Origin: Tolypothrix carrinoi HA7290-LM1
GTDB lineage: Bacteria; Cyanobacteriota; Cyanobacteriia; Cyanobacteriales; Nostocaceae
Length of the DNA stretch: 64,000 nt
Direction: 5' to 3'
NCBI GenBank assembly: GCA_019358935.1
Contig: JAHHIK010000015.1
Coordinates: 1-64,000, forward strand
The notes beneath the pieces were generated by a model, which saw nothing but the letters and a program-made list of their open reading frames with translations, searched no databases and was not told where the DNA came from. Every line of letters starts with the position of its first letter. The stretch's first letter is position 1. Below, in pieces: positions 49,269 through 61,519 of the stretch. Position numbers and translations under genes: made by a program.

Positions 49269-50186
49269 ATGGATTGGAGCAACTGGGTATATTTGGGAGC
49301 GGGAATAGCATTGGGGCTGAGTTTGAGTGCGTTATTTGCGTTTAGGTTCCCGTCGTCTAGCTCATCTGTAGCGCTTGAGAAACAAGATGTATCAGCACTT
49401 GAGCAAGAAATGAAGCGTATAATGCTGGCGTATCAAATGGCAAAGGAAATGAGCCAGTTTAAAGCGGGATTTTTAGCACGGACTACCCATGAATTGCGAT
49501 CGCCTCTTAATGGTTTAATTGGTTTACATCAGTTAATTTTGTCAGATTTATGTGAAGATGCGGCGGAAGAACGAGAATTTATCGCCCAAGCTCACGAACG
49601 TGCGCTCAAGCTACTCAAGTTAATTGATGAAATTCTCAAAGTCTCCAGGACTGAATACGGCAACAACAAATTAGATATCCAACCCCAATGTTTAGCGGAA
49701 GTTTTGCAGGAAGTTCATAGCTTAACTTATATGCTGGCGGCAAATCGCAATTTTACCTTGCAACTTTTGCCACCCGATCCAGAAATTTATGTTTTGGCAG
49801 ATCCGCGCTGGCTAAGGCAAGTATTGCTAAATTTAGTAGATACTTCGATTACTCAGATGGAAGAAGGTAGTATTTCTATTTCAACTGCTTCTTCACCTAC
49901 AAGTAAATTTATTCATATTTGCTTGGATGTGCCAACTAATGCTATCCCTACTAGTGAGCCAATAGATTTAATTAAATCTGAATATAAACTGCCTGATACT
50001 GACAAGCAAAATGCTTTTTTTTCGCCGGGAATGAGGCTATTACTAAATCAAACTTTGTTGGAAGTGATGGGGGGAAAGTTGGAAATAGTTTCTCCCGTCA
50101 CCGATGAATCAACTGAGCATTATAGCAGGCTACAACTTTCTATCCCCCTAATGATTCCTGAAGCTGGATTTCCGGAGTCGGCATAA
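49269..50186 (+). CDS. Histidine-kinase-like protein (HisKA plus degenerate ATPase domain)
   Basis: THELRSPL H-box, ADPRWLRQVLLNL; no clear DxGxG boxes. Confidence 0.8.
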   Translation: MDWSNWVYLGAGIALGLSLSALFAFRFPSSSSSVALEKQDVSALEQEMKRIMLAYQMAKEMSQFKAGFLARTTHELRSPLNGLIGLHQLILSDLCEDAAEEREFIAQAHERALKLLKLIDEILKVSRTEYGNNKLDIQPQCLAEVLQEVHSLTYMLAANRNFTLQLLPPDPEIYVLADPRWLRQVLLNLVDTSITQMEEGSISISTASSPTSKFIHICLDVPTNAIPTSEPIDLIKSEYKLPDTDKQNAFFSPGMRLLLNQTLLEVMGGKLEIVSPVTDESTEHYSRLQLSIPLMIPEAGFPESA

Positions 50187-50604
50187 GGTTATTGTGATTG
50201 TATAACACCATCGTGGTGCTGGAATTGCTCTGGAAACCAATTTTTTTGTAGAATCCCTGTTGGTGTGTTGTCATCAGATACACGCGCTCAACTCTGTGCA
50301 TGTGCGGATGACTCAAAACCGTTTCTACCAGTTTGCTTCCCAGTCCAGTACCGCGATAGTCTGGGTGAATCACAACATCCCAAATTGTGGCACGATAGAT
50401 ACCATCAGAAGTTGCCCTAGCAAAGCCAATTAATCGTTCTTTATCGCGGACGCTAATTACTGGCTGACTGTTAGCAATGGCTATACCCATATCTTTTATA
50501 CTGCGCCCTTTTGCCCAGAAAGCAGCAATATTAAATAGCTCTTGGAGTTGGTAAAGGTCAATTTCTGACTTGCGATCGCTAAATTTAATTTGAGTATTAT
50601 TCAT
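50140..50604 (-). CDS. GNAT acetyltransferase
   Basis: [32 protein letters not shown]. Confidence 0.9.
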   Translation of the reverse strand: MNNTQIKFSDRKSEIDLYQLQELFNIAAFWAKGRSIKDMGIAIANSQPVISVRDKERLIGFARATSDGIYRATIWDVVIHPDYRGTGLGSKLVETVLSHPHMHRVERVYLMTTHQQGFYKKIGFQSNSSTTMVLYNHNNLMPTPEIQLQESLGG

Positions 50605-50781
50605 GCCACCGTATCCAATTTTTACAATATATTTGCTATCGTTAACTTTTATTTTTTTCAGATAGCTATAGTAGTATATCTATTGGAAACACATGATACG
50701 GGCTATCCTGAAGTCAGATTTTTCTATATATCGCCTGTAGTGTATATATTCCAACTATTTTAAAATTTTATACTTCAAGGT

Positions 50782-51174
50782 TTATTGACAAATCCACTTC
50801 CATAGTGGATGACTCGATCCTTGCTGGCGTATCCGACAAACTTGTTTTTCTAAACGTTGCTGTTCTTGGTGTGGTAAACCGATTAAAATATTCCGACTTT
50901 GCCAAACTAAAACAGCAACAGTCATACCGATACAAAAAGCTAAACCAATGGTAGAGAATGGATGATAAAAAAGTCCATATCGCACCGCTACCCAGGTAAA
51001 ATATTGTCGCCACAGAACAATTTCTTCACGCAAAGACCACAAGCAAATCGGCGCAAGGGTGAGCCACAAAAATAGGCAGAACAACCATCTACCATATACT
51101 GTTAATCGGTGTAGCCTTTGCACTTGTTGAGTAAAAGATGGGTCTGTGATTGGCGATTTTTCAAATTGATCCAT
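50782..51174 (-). CDS. Conserved membrane hypothetical protein
   Basis: Two TM segments, GRW, FTWVAVRYG, SHPLW. Confidence 0.75.
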   Translation of the reverse strand: MDQFEKSPITDPSFTQQVQRLHRLTVYGRWLFCLFLWLTLAPICLWSLREEIVLWRQYFTWVAVRYGLFYHPFSTIGLAFCIGMTVAVLVWQSRNILIGLPHQEQQRLEKQVCRIRQQGSSHPLWKWICQ

Positions 51175-51184
51175 AGGCGAGGGG

Positions 51185-51446
51185 GTGTTAGTTGTTAGTT
51201 GTTGGTTGTTAGTTGTTGGTTGTTAGTTGTTAGTTGTTAGTTGTTAGTTGTTAGGTGTTAGTTGTTAGTTGTTGGTTGTTAGTTGTTAGTTGTTAGTTGT
51301 TAGTTGTTAGTTGTTAGTTGTTAGTTGTCAAAAATTACTCTTATCCATTAACCACTATCCACTATCGACTATCCACTATCCACGCTGCCACTATCCACTA
51401 TCGACTATCCATTAACCACTATCGACTATCGACTATCCACTATCTA
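51185..51446. repeat. Long STRR tract
   Basis: (TTGTTAG)n followed by (CCACTAT/CGACTAT)n. Confidence 0.92.
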
Positions 51447-51459
51447 CTAACTTTCACCT

Positions 51460-52416
51460 TTATGCATCCATTGGTTCTGTGGTGGCTGTGGGTGTGGATG
51501 AATCGGTGCGTTCTCGCCACCAAGCTAAAAGAGTACTAGCGATGAAAATACTGGAATAAGCGCCCATTGTAAAGCCAATAATCAAGGCTAGGGCGAAGTT
51601 ATGCAAAGTTTCGCCGCCAAACAGAAAGATAGCAAATAATGTCAGCAACACGGTTAAGGTGGTGTTGATTGACCGTGCTAAGGTTTGGTTAACTGCATCG
51701 TCTACAATCTCGCTAATTGGTCGATTCGGATTAGTTTTGACGGTTTCGCGAATGCGATCGTAAATGACTACGGTATCATTCACTGAAAAACCTGTGATTG
51801 TCAGTAGGGCGACAATGAACAGACTATCAACTTCAGTGCCAAATATCAAACCCAAAATCGAGAACGCACCTACTGTAATCAAGATGTCGTGAAACAAAGC
51901 AATAATCGCAAAAATGGCATAGTCTAACTGAAAGCGGAAGTTCATGTAGACGGTGATGCCAACAAAAGAGACGAGGAGAGCTAATAAACCAGACCTAAAT
52001 AGTTCTTGCCCTAGTGTAGGACCTACGGAGTCAATTTGATTTTTTTGCGGGTCAAAAACGCCGATTTTTTCGCTTAAGGCGTTTTGTAATTTGGTGCGTT
52101 GATCGACAGTCAAATCTTTTGTGCGAATTGTTACGCCATTCTCACCAGCAAGTTGAATGCTGCTATCGCCTATTCCCTGTTCTTTGGCTACTTCCCGAAC
52201 AGCAGCAATATCAATTGGTTTATCACAATTACCGGGTCTTGTACAATCGCGTTCAAATTGCAAGCGCGTACCACCGATAAAATCTAAACTGGGACGCAGG
52301 GGTGCTTTAATTCCCGGAGTTTGCCAAGAAATCACCATCGAAATGATACCAATGATGATGATGACAGAAGAAATAGTCCACCAAAGCGATCGCGATTTAT
52401 TTATACTTAGTTTCAT
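51460..52416 (-). CDS. secF: Protein translocase subunit SecF
   Basis: [34 protein letters not shown]. Confidence 0.96.
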   Translation of the reverse strand: MKLSINKSRSLWWTISSVIIIIGIISMVISWQTPGIKAPLRPSLDFIGGTRLQFERDCTRPGNCDKPIDIAAVREVAKEQGIGDSSIQLAGENGVTIRTKDLTVDQRTKLQNALSEKIGVFDPQKNQIDSVGPTLGQELFRSGLLALLVSFVGITVYMNFRFQLDYAIFAIIALFHDILITVGAFSILGLIFGTEVDSLFIVALLTITGFSVNDTVVIYDRIRETVKTNPNRPISEIVDDAVNQTLARSINTTLTVLLTLFAIFLFGGETLHNFALALIIGFTMGAYSSIFIASTLLAWWRERTDSSTPTATTEPMDA

Positions 52417-53825
52417 TGAGCTACCTCTGCCTGATTCGAGCTTGGCAGGTTAGGAGAGAAAAGTTGTGGCTTCTTCAATGCGGGTATTGAAATTGCCAAA
52501 AACATCAGTGTCCGACTACAGGTAATCGCTGTAAACATACTAACTGCTACACCCAAAGCCAAAGTCAGGGCAAAGCCTTTGACTAAGCCAGACCCCAGCC
52601 AGAACAAAGCAGCACAAGCAATCCATGTCGTTACATTACTATCTAAAATACTAGAAAATGCTCGGTAAAAACCAGATTCTACAGAACGATACAGCTTTTT
52701 ACCTGATTGTAATTCTTCCCGCGTGCGCTCAAAAATTAGTACGTTAGCGTCAACCGCCATCCCAATACTAAGAATAAATCCGGCAATTCCTGGCAGTGTG
52801 AGAGTAACGCCCAACAAAGCAAAGCTAGCCCAAGTTAGCAAAGAGTAGATTACTAACGCTATGTCGGCAATCAATCCTGGTAGTCTATAGTACACCACCA
52901 TAAAAATTAATACTAAACTCAGACCACCGATGCCAGCATAAATACTGCGTTGAATGCTGTCTTTACCCAAGGTTGCGCCGACTGTGCGTCTTTCGGCGAT
53001 TTCTACTGGTACCGGTAATGCCCCACCGCGTAGCTGCACACCTAAGTCGTTTGCTTCTTGAGCGGTAAATCTACCTGTAATTACGGCAGCACCACCGGTA
53101 ATACCTGCGGCAGCAAATTCTGGACCGACGGTAGGAGCGCTAATCGCTTCATTATCCAAAAATATACCAATACTGCGACCAGTACCGGCGAGGTTTTTTG
53201 TCAGTTGGGCAAATAATTCCCCACCTTTGGTATCAAAGCGAATGGCAACATTCCAGTTGTTGCCTTGAGTCGGTTCGCCATAGGCATCTTTGAGGAATTT
53301 ACCAGTTAAAGGCGGGTTGGTACTTTCAAATAATTCAGCGATCGCTTGATTATTATTTTGTAACTCTTCTTTATTTTTCGCAATAGCGGCTGCGTCTTTA
53401 GTTTTGATCAATTCTTGTTGTTTTGCCTTCAATTCTTCTCGCGATCTTTGAAAAGCAAACAATTGAGTTTCCGTACCGGGTTTTTGCAAGCGAAATTCTA
53501 GCTGCGCTGTACCTCCCAGAACTCGTTCAGCTTGTTCTGGGTCGTTAACTCCCGGTAGTTGCACTAAAATTTTGTCTGAACCCACCGTTTGAATCACTGG
53601 TTCAGAAACACCCAAACCGTTGATGCGTCCTTCAACTACTCTTTTCACAGCTGACAATTCGCGTTCGGTGATTTGCTTAATCTCCGCTGTTGGTTTCACC
53701 TGAATTGTTAGCTGTGAACCTCCGCGTAAATCCAGCCCCAAGGGAATCGGAATTGTAGCAATTACCGTAATCGCGGCAATTACCATAACTAAAATCAAGG
53801 CTAATAGCGATCGCTGTCTTTGCAT
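52413..53825 (-). CDS. secD: Protein translocase subunit SecD
   Basis: [31 protein letters not shown]. Confidence 0.96.
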   Translation of the reverse strand: MQRQRSLLALILVMVIAAITVIATIPIPLGLDLRGGSQLTIQVKPTAEIKQITERELSAVKRVVEGRINGLGVSEPVIQTVGSDKILVQLPGVNDPEQAERVLGGTAQLEFRLQKPGTETQLFAFQRSREELKAKQQELIKTKDAAAIAKNKEELQNNNQAIAELFESTNPPLTGKFLKDAYGEPTQGNNWNVAIRFDTKGGELFAQLTKNLAGTGRSIGIFLDNEAISAPTVGPEFAAAGITGGAAVITGRFTAQEANDLGVQLRGGALPVPVEIAERRTVGATLGKDSIQRSIYAGIGGLSLVLIFMVVYYRLPGLIADIALVIYSLLTWASFALLGVTLTLPGIAGFILSIGMAVDANVLIFERTREELQSGKKLYRSVESGFYRAFSSILDSNVTTWIACAALFWLGSGLVKGFALTLALGVAVSMFTAITCSRTLMFLAISIPALKKPQLFSPNLPSSNQAEVAQ

Positions 53826-54019
53826 ACCATAACTCGCAACTGACAAAGGCTATGATAGCGCTATTTTATCGAGTTATGAAGGGGCTGGGGCATTGGGCAA
53901 TGGGCATTGGGCAATGGGCAATGGGCATTGGGCATTGGTAAAATTCCTCTCCCCCTGCTCCCCCTGCCTCCCTTGCCCCCCCAGCTCCCCCTGCTCCCCC
54001 TGCTCCCCATTCCCCAGTT

Positions 54020-55003
54020 CTAAACTCGCAAAGCTACCATTTTTTCTACAGCTTCGACTATTTGCTCTGGTTGAACAATTGTTAAGCGCTCTAAATTGCC
54101 ATTGTAAGGTGTGGGAATATCTTGGGAAGAAAGCCGCAAGACTGGAGCATCTAATTCATCAAACAGGCGATCGTTAATTGAAGCAATTAATTCGGCGGCT
54201 ATACCACCAGTTCGCATGGCTTCTTCAACAATAATGACTTTATGAGTTTTCCGCACGGATTCACCGATAGTATCCATATCCAGCGGTTTCAGAGATATCA
54301 AGTCAATTACTTCTGGGTCATAACCTTGTTTTTCCAGAACTTTCACAGCTTGCGCTACATGATACCGCATCCGGGAATAAGTGATGATTGTCACATCTTT
54401 CCCAGGACGCACAATTTCTGCTTTATCTAGTGGCAGTAAATATTCTTCTTCTGGCAGGTCTTCTTTCAAGTTGTAAAGCAGAACGTGTTCAAAGAACAAT
54501 ACCGGGTTATCATCGCGGATAGCTGATTTCAGCAATCCTTTGGCGTTGTAAGGTGTAGAGCAAGTAACGATTTTTAAGCCAGGAACAGCTTGAAAGTATG
54601 TTTCTAATCGTTGGGAATGTTCTGCCCCTAGTTGCCGTCCCACCCCTCCTGGACCGCGAATTACCATCGGTATTTTAAAGTTACCGCCGGAAGTATAGCG
54701 CAGCATCCCGGCGTTATTAGATATTTGGTTAAAGGCAAGCAGCAAAAAGCCCATGTTCATGCCTTCGATTATCGGTCTTAAGCCGGTCATCGCTGCGCCT
54801 ACTGCCATTCCCGTAAAGCTGTTTTCGGCAATGGGAGTGTCAAGAATTCGCAGTTCACCGTATTTTTGATATAGGTCTTTGGTAACTTTGTAAGACCCGC
54901 CATAATGTCCTACGTCTTCACCGAGAACGAATACGCTCTTGTCGCGTGCCATTTCTTCGTCAATGGCTTCTCGTAGGGCGTTGAAGAATAAAGTTTCTGC
55001 CAT
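54020..55003 (-). CDS. pdhB: Pyruvate dehydrogenase E1 beta subunit
   Basis: [25 protein letters not shown]. Confidence 0.96.
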   Translation of the reverse strand: MAETLFFNALREAIDEEMARDKSVFVLGEDVGHYGGSYKVTKDLYQKYGELRILDTPIAENSFTGMAVGAAMTGLRPIIEGMNMGFLLLAFNQISNNAGMLRYTSGGNFKIPMVIRGPGGVGRQLGAEHSQRLETYFQAVPGLKIVTCSTPYNAKGLLKSAIRDDNPVLFFEHVLLYNLKEDLPEEEYLLPLDKAEIVRPGKDVTIITYSRMRYHVAQAVKVLEKQGYDPEVIDLISLKPLDMDTIGESVRKTHKVIIVEEAMRTGGIAAELIASINDRLFDELDAPVLRLSSQDIPTPYNGNLERLTIVQPEQIVEAVEKMVALRV

Positions 55004-55139
55004 TTAAATCTTTAATACAATTCTTGTTTTAGAATCTTATCGCGCCACTGGGAAAAATACAGTTAGCGATCGCACTACTTGAGTAAGATACCGCAAACCA
55101 TCAAGCAAATAGCACCCTGAATCCGGCGTGTTCCCTTTC

Positions 55140-55354
55140 CTACTCCTGCACAATTTATTATAAGTCTTCGATCAACACAATCATTCGTCCGCCCCAACTT
55201 GTGTAAGGCAGTAACGTCAACTGTTGCCAAGGAAAGGAGAACGTGCATAAACCTTTATAGCACTGTAACCTACCCCTGAGCGATCGCAAACTTCCTTTAG
55301 AGTCCAACCTTTTTCTGCGGCATATTCTTTTATCCGCAACTTCACCAATCCCAT
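55140..55354 (-). pseudogene. Frameshifted XRE/HTH regulator
   Basis: MGLVKLRIKEYAAEKGWTLKEVCDRSGVGYSAIKVYARSP / LATVDVTALHKLGRT / VLIEDL**IVQE* across frames. Confidence 0.75.
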
Positions 55355-55468
55355 GCTTGACAACAGGTAGGTATGTACCCTTGAATCTAAATAGTTAAGT
55401 ACAAAAAGCGATCGCCTGATAAGTTTTGCTCGTCAAGCGATCGCCTGAATAACATTAAATCTAATTTT

Positions 55469-55898
55469 ATGATAACAATAATTAAGCAAGAGTCAAACGA
55501 AATTAATCCTTATATCGAGATTCGTGATTGAGGCAGTGGCTGGTGCTTCTCAACATCGATGCTGCCAAAATTAAAGAAATTCGTTTGTGGAGATATATAA
55601 TTTTGGTGGTGGCTGACGGCATGAGTAGATTTGTCAGTTACGCCGAAATACCGCCAATTTTAGGAGTTGCACCTTTGACGGTAAAAGATTTTCACAGCTT
55701 GGTACAAGCGTTGGCGCAAGCTAAAAACTAATCACGTTCCGGATTATTGGTGTCAGTTTTACGCCCAAAAATTTGGGCAAAGTAACGACGAACGAAGAAT
55801 TAAAACTATGGGGGCAATTAATAGCTACCATTAAGTTTGCTTTGTCACAAAAAGTTATACAGGCGTTGCGACACTTATATGACGTTGTAATTTTGTAG
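55469..55898 (+). pseudogene. Frameshifted hypothetical gene
   Basis: Protein-like segments in shifting frames: LLNIDAAKIKEIRLWRYIILVV..FVSY / WYKRWRK..PDYWCQFY / LWGQLIATIKFALSQKVIQALR. Confidence 0.55.
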
Positions 55899-55952
55899 TA
55901 GGCACTGAAGTGCCTAGAAAATAAGCGTTGAAACGCTTACTACGAAAAAATA

Positions 55953-56258
55953 TTAAGTTTTGTTTAACATCGGAACTGGTGAGTCAGGCACTTGAGTTAC
56001 TTGATCATTATCTGGAAAGCGTTTTGGTCTTCCGGGTTTGCGCTTGTGTCGTTGATTAATTGACTTTTCGCTTGCCTGTGCTAACTCTTCAGGTGTACAT
56101 TTAAAAAGGCGTAAAGCGTCTAAAAATTTTTTTGGTGTCATTGTTGGTTCTGTACGCCCTGCTTCCCAGTTGCGAACACTGGTTTCACTGATTGCAAGCC
56201 TGAAGGCAACTTCAGCACGGCTTAGTCCTGCACGCTCTCTCAGGACTTGCATATCCAT
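55953..56258 (-). CDS. XRE-family HTH transcriptional regulator
   Basis: LRERAGLSRAEVA..L.ISETSVRNWEAGRTEP; AAGGAG RBS. Confidence 0.88.
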   Translation of the reverse strand: MDMQVLRERAGLSRAEVAFRLAISETSVRNWEAGRTEPTMTPKKFLDALRLFKCTPEELAQASEKSINQRHKRKPGRPKRFPDNDQVTQVPDSPVPMLNKT

Positions 56259-56563
56259 ATTTTCATATCTCCTTTAAAAAGTTCTCAAACGGGTTTATTA
56301 AATCAATTGACGTGAAAATGCCAATTGAAAAAGTATTAACTATATTCTTTATAAGCGATCGCCTACCAGTCTGGCAAAAGAAGCAACGCTCCACTTCTGT
56401 AGTATCTCGTAGGAAGCTTTTAATTATAACATGGGCATTGGGCATTGGGCATTGGGCATTGGGAATAGGTAATAGAAAGAAATTGTCCCCCTTGTCTCCT
56501 TGTCTTCCCATGCCCCATTCCCCATGCCCCATTCCCCATGCCCCATGCCCTATGCCCCATTCA

Positions 56564-57547
56564 TTATTTTTCTAACCACCGCGCCGCGTCTTTGGCGTGG
56601 TAGGTCAAAATTAAGTCAGCGCCGGCGCGTTTAAATCCGGTTAAAGTTTCCATAACCACGCGCTGTTCGTCAATCCAGCCGTTGAGGGCAGCGGCTTTAA
56701 CCATCGCATACTCACCGGAAACATTGTAAGCAGCAACGGGTAAGTTACAAGCTTGTTTCACGCGCCAGATAATGTCCATGTATGCCAAAGCTGGCTTAAC
56801 CATGAGCATATCAGCACCTTCAGCGATATCAAGTTCAATTTCTTTAATCGCTTCTTTGGCGTTACCTGGGTCCATTTGGTAAGTACGTCTGTCCCCAAAT
56901 TGCGGTGTAGAATCTGCCGCATCCCGAAAAGGACCATAATAAGCCGAAGCGTACTTAGCAGCATACGACATAATCGGCGTATCTTGAAATCCAGCTTCAT
57001 CTAAACCTGCGCGAATTGCTTGGACAAATCCATCCATCATTCCCGAAGGTGCGATGATATCGGCACCAGCTTTGACTTGCGATACTGCTGTTTTCTTGAG
57101 TAATTCTAAAGTCGGATCGTTCAAAACCCTTCCTGTCAAATCACCAACTTGCAAATAACCGCAGTGACCGTGACTGGTATACTCACACAGACAAGTATCA
57201 GCGATGACAATCAAATCTGGTACTGCTTCTTTTACAGCAGTTGCAGCTTTTTGGACAATACCGCAATCATGCCATGCACCCGTAGCATCGACATCTTTAT
57301 CTGCGGGAATCCCAAATAAAATAATCGCGGGGATTCCTAAGTCATAAACTTCTTTGGCTTCTTCAACAATTTTGTCTACCGAAAGTTGATATACTCCCGG
57401 CATTGATTTGACTTCATTCGCGATTCCCTCACCTGGTACAGCAAACAGAGGGTAAATTAAATCACTTGTATTCAGAACAGTTTCACGTACCATTCGACGC
57501 AATTGAGAATGGGTACGCAAGCGGCGAGGGCGATGTTGAGGAAACAT
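56564..57547 (-). CDS. hemB: Porphobilinogen synthase
   Basis: [39 protein letters not shown]. Confidence 0.98.
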   Translation of the reverse strand: MFPQHRPRRLRTHSQLRRMVRETVLNTSDLIYPLFAVPGEGIANEVKSMPGVYQLSVDKIVEEAKEVYDLGIPAIILFGIPADKDVDATGAWHDCGIVQKAATAVKEAVPDLIVIADTCLCEYTSHGHCGYLQVGDLTGRVLNDPTLELLKKTAVSQVKAGADIIAPSGMMDGFVQAIRAGLDEAGFQDTPIMSYAAKYASAYYGPFRDAADSTPQFGDRRTYQMDPGNAKEAIKEIELDIAEGADMLMVKPALAYMDIIWRVKQACNLPVAAYNVSGEYAMVKAAALNGWIDEQRVVMETLTGFKRAGADLILTYHAKDAARWLEK

Positions 57548-57819
57548 AGCGTTTTTTCAAGATTTACCGAATTATTGGGGCGATCGCGTGCGTTGACGCA
57601 ACCTCACCCCATGAAGTATGGTAAACCCCCATATGAACCAAGTTGTCAAAATATTATCAAAGGTTAACAGGTGTGGGGAGTGGGGGAGTGGGGGAGTGGG
57701 GGACAAGGGAGACAAGGGAGACAAGGGGGACAAAAAGGCAAGTAGTAGGGGTGGGGTTCCCCCACCCGGACTTTTACCAATTACCCATTACCCATTACCC
57801 ATTACCCATTACCCATTCC

Positions 57820-58797
57820 CTATTCCCCACTCTGTTGAATTGTCAGAACTATCTCTTGCGCTACTTGGACGCTATTGAGATAGCTGTCGTGAGCCTGACC
57901 GCCATACAATAACATCGGTAAGGCTGTGTGACTGAAAGGTTGCATTAAGGATTCGACAAAAGTTAACTTGCTGATGATGTCTTTAATTTCAATGTCTTGC
58001 TTTAATCCATCGACTAAACTGTAGATTAAAGGATCGAGGGGCCAAGCTACAGGATCTGCTGGGTGAAGGTAGTTCCGCCAAGGTAGTTTGTTGCTATCTT
58101 GTTTTTGACTAAGATTGGCTACAAGTTGTTTTAACTTCGGTGTAATATCGTGACTGGCGCGTTGTTCTGCTTGGTTTTCTGTTAATTCTGGCATCAAAGC
58201 TTGATTTTCGCCTTTGACTATATCCAGTAAACTGAAGATAGCGATCGGTGATGCCATTGTGTGAATGCTGACGAGGCGGATACCTTCTTCTGGGTTCGGT
58301 TCTAAGCCATCAAAGCAGCGGCGAATTGCCATTGCGCTTTCATGACCGGGGATAGTCGTGTCATTCCAACGGGCTGCGAATAGTATATCAAAAAGGATGA
58401 ATGTTCCCCAACTGTGGGTAACTAGATGTAAGCGATCGCCTTTACTCGCGTTTTCTAATCCCTGTTCTATCTGTATCCTCAGCGCTTCCACAATCTTAGA
58501 TCCGACACTGCGGCTGATATACAAAGCCGCATCACCCATAAAGTGAAGAATTGCATTTTGGCGTGTATTTTTAAACCATAGTTGATGCCAACAACCGTCA
58601 GCATGTGCGACCTTGGACATTAGGTCTTGTTCTGATTGAATGTTGACATCACCCCAATACAAAGGTATTGGTTTGAGGTTGTAAGAGTCGCCAATTAACC
58701 TGTTGATGTGTCCAATTAATTGCTTGGCGTAGGTGGGTTCCTCTCGGCGATCGCGAGTATTCACACCATGAATAAATAAAATGTAGTCAGTAGCCAT
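57820..58797 (-). CDS. Alpha/beta-hydrolase-like hypothetical protein
   Basis: FIHGV, THSWG nucleophile elbow, ADPV, C-terminal AHDSY. Confidence 0.7.
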   Translation of the reverse strand: MATDYILFIHGVNTRDRREEPTYAKQLIGHINRLIGDSYNLKPIPLYWGDVNIQSEQDLMSKVAHADGCWHQLWFKNTRQNAILHFMGDAALYISRSVGSKIVEALRIQIEQGLENASKGDRLHLVTHSWGTFILFDILFAARWNDTTIPGHESAMAIRRCFDGLEPNPEEGIRLVSIHTMASPIAIFSLLDIVKGENQALMPELTENQAEQRASHDITPKLKQLVANLSQKQDSNKLPWRNYLHPADPVAWPLDPLIYSLVDGLKQDIEIKDIISKLTFVESLMQPFSHTALPMLLYGGQAHDSYLNSVQVAQEIVLTIQQSGE

Positions 58798-58942
58798 CTG
58801 AAAACCTCTTAAAATTACGATACAAAGAATTTTTGATGGTTATGACTTCAACCAGTTACAATAATTTTCCCTAAAGTTGGCGGCTTGCTTCAATAAAAGT
58901 TGTAAAAGACACTTTCATCGGATTTAGGCAAAGTTATGGAAA

Positions 58943-59055
58943 AACGTAGACGCAAAGCGGTGAAGCAGCGCGGTCTTGGGGGTTTCCCCCATGAGCGACT
59001 GCTGAACCCGAAGGGCTTGCCGCAGGCTACCGCAAAGGGCGCAAAGAGCGCAAAG
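58943..59055. repeat. Nested small dispersed repeats
   Basis: GC-rich block with hairpin TGGGGG-TTT-CCCCCA embedded in GTAGACGCAAAGCGG..CTTGCCGCAGGCTA, next to (CGCAAAG)n. Confidence 0.6.
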
Positions 59056-59292
59056 ATAAGAGGTTATGAAGAGTTTTTGCGTAAGTTGCGTTTTTGCAAA
59101 GATTAATGGACACAAAACAAAGCGTCACAAACTTAGGGCAAAATTTAGCACATGTCAGACAAACTACTATAAGTGCTTAACTGTCCTCTGCCCTACTAAC
59201 TTATGAGGTTGTGGGGCAATTTTATATTTTACAGCTTATTTCCCATCTTGATGATGGATAAGAAAAAAATTATCAAATTAATTAACGATCGC

Positions 59293-59330
59293 TGGCTAGT
59301 AGTAAATGTTTAGGCATTTATTACTAGCCA
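59293..59330. terminator. Hairpin downstream of the DUF4870 gene
   Basis: TGGCTAGTAGTAAATG...CATTTATTACTAGCCA. Confidence 0.6.
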
Positions 59331-59337
59331 ATTTGTG

Positions 59338-59679
59338 CTACAAAACCCGGAAAATGAAGGGATAACGAAACGGTTTATCAGGATCGCTTAGAACAGTGGT
59401 AAGCGCCCAAATCGTTAATCCCCAATGTAGGAGATATCCTAACCCTGCCAATGGAAGCAGCAAACCAAAGGTGACAACAATTAACGCTGTAATAATTGCA
59501 CCATAAAGCCAGACATTAAAGTGAAAATTAATGGCTTCTTTGGCATTTTCTTTCACAACGGGGTCATCGCTGACGAATAGCATGGCAATAGGTACACCAA
59601 CAGATACAAATGCCGTACTAAAAAAGATCGCTCCATGACACAGTGCTGATAGAAGCTTTCGCTTATCCGTGTCGTACAT
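59338..59679 (-). CDS. DUF4870 membrane protein
   Basis: LSALCH, NAKEAINFH, FRYPF. Confidence 0.85.
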   Translation of the reverse strand: MYDTDKRKLLSALCHGAIFFSTAFVSVGVPIAMLFVSDDPVVKENAKEAINFHFNVWLYGAIITALIVVTFGLLLPLAGLGYLLHWGLTIWALTTVLSDPDKPFRYPFIFRVL

Positions 59680-59816
59680 TCGGTATCTCCGATTAAATCA
59701 AGTTTTAACTTACCCTATCGACCCTATCACGAGCTTCGTTGTCTTAAGATTAAAAGACTCGCTAAAGTTGGAAAAAATTAAGTTAAGTTAAGTTACAAGG
59801 TAAAGCTTTATCAATT

Positions 59817-61445
59817 ATGTCTACTGAACTTCAATCTGAACTGAATCAAGCTGTTAAACAACGTCGCAATTTTGCGATTATTTCTCACCCCGACGCTGGG
59901 AAAACTACGCTGACAGAAAAGCTACTTTTGTACGGAGGTGCGATTCACGAAGCTGGAGCGGTCAAAGCACGCAGGGCACAGCGCAAAGCGACTTCTGACT
60001 GGATGGCAATGGAACAACAAAGAGGTATTTCGATTACTTCTACGGTGTTGCAGTTTGAATATCAGCATTGCCAAATTAATTTATTAGATACTCCTGGACA
60101 CCAAGATTTCAGTGAAGATACTTACAGAACTTTAGCTGCGGCTGATAACGCGGTGATGCTAATTGACGCGGCGAAAGGTTTAGAACCGCAAACACGAAAG
60201 TTGTTTGAAGTGTGTAAAATGCGGGGTATTCCGATTTTTACATTTATCAACAAGCTCGATCGCCCAGGAAGAGAACCGCTGGAATTGTTGGATGAAATTG
60301 AGCAAGAATTAGGCTTGCAAACTTATGCGGTAAACTGGCCCATTGGGATGGGCGATCGCTTTAAAGGTGTATTCGACCGAGATAAACAGCAAATTCACTT
60401 GTTTGAACGTAGTGCCCACGGTAGTCGCGAAGCGCGGGATACTGTAGTTGATTTGGGCGATGCGAAAATAGAAGAACTATTAGAAGAAGAACTTTACTAT
60501 CAACTGAAAAACGATTTAGAACTTCTTGAAGGAGTTGGACCGGAACTTGATTTAGAGTTGGTGCATCAAGGAAAAATGACACCCGTGTTTTTCGGTAGCG
60601 CTATGACCAACTTTGGGGTAGAGTTATTCCTCAAATACTTCCTCGACTACGCCCTCAAGCCAGGTGTCCATAATAGCAGCGTTGGCGAAGTTCCGCCTAC
60701 CTATCCGGAGTTTTCTGGATTTGTTTTCAAACTTCAGGCTAACATGGACCCGAAACATCGCGATCGCGTGGCATTTATCCGCGTCTGTACGGGCAAATTT
60801 GAAAAAGATATGACGGTGAATCATGCCCGCACTGGTAAAATTATCCGTTTATCTCGTCCGCAAAAATTATTCGCTCAAGAACGGGAATCGATTGATGTAG
60901 CTTATGCAGGCGATGTTATTGGTTTAAATAATCCTGGTGTTTTTGCGATCGGCGATACAATTTACGTTGGGCAGAAGTTGGAGTATGAAGGTATCCCCTA
61001 TTTCTCGCCGGAATTATTCGCGATTCTCAGAAATCCTAACCCCTCTAAATTCAAGCAATTTCAAAAAGGTATTTCCGAATTGCGCGAAGAAGGTGCAGTA
61101 CAAATTATGTACTCAACTGATGAAGCTAAACGCGATCCAATTTTGGCGGCAGTAGGTCAGTTGCAATTCGAGGTGGTACAGTTTCGCTTGCAAAATGAAT
61201 ATGGCGTGGAAACCCAGCTAGAATTATTACCCTACAGCGTCGCTCGTTGGGTTGAGGGTGGTTGGGAACCTTTGAATAAGGTGGGACGTTTATTCAACAC
61301 CACTACGGTCAAAGACAGCATGGATCGCCCTGTGTTGCTGTTCCGCAATGAATGGAATTGTCAGCAATTAGAACAAGACCATCCAGAATTGAAATTGAGC
61401 GCAGTAGCCCCGGTGTTTTCCAGTCAACAACCAATGGAAGGATAA
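59817..61445 (+). CDS. prfC: Peptide chain release factor 3
   Basis: [33 protein letters not shown]. Confidence 0.98.
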   Translation: MSTELQSELNQAVKQRRNFAIISHPDAGKTTLTEKLLLYGGAIHEAGAVKARRAQRKATSDWMAMEQQRGISITSTVLQFEYQHCQINLLDTPGHQDFSEDTYRTLAAADNAVMLIDAAKGLEPQTRKLFEVCKMRGIPIFTFINKLDRPGREPLELLDEIEQELGLQTYAVNWPIGMGDRFKGVFDRDKQQIHLFERSAHGSREARDTVVDLGDAKIEELLEEELYYQLKNDLELLEGVGPELDLELVHQGKMTPVFFGSAMTNFGVELFLKYFLDYALKPGVHNSSVGEVPPTYPEFSGFVFKLQANMDPKHRDRVAFIRVCTGKFEKDMTVNHARTGKIIRLSRPQKLFAQERESIDVAYAGDVIGLNNPGVFAIGDTIYVGQKLEYEGIPYFSPELFAILRNPNPSKFKQFQKGISELREEGAVQIMYSTDEAKRDPILAAVGQLQFEVVQFRLQNEYGVETQLELLPYSVARWVEGGWEPLNKVGRLFNTTTVKDSMDRPVLLFRNEWNCQQLEQDHPELKLSAVAPVFSSQQPMEG

Positions 61446-61519
61446 TTCACTGGTTGTGGCAAAATCAAGCGCGGATGATTTATGAGGTATAAGTTCACAA
61501 TTGGAGTCCAAGGATTTGT

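Noticed and set aside
51185..51446. Tandem repeat tracts as a possible CRISPR array
   Set aside because: They are contiguous heptamers (STRR) without unique spacers; no cas genes in the window
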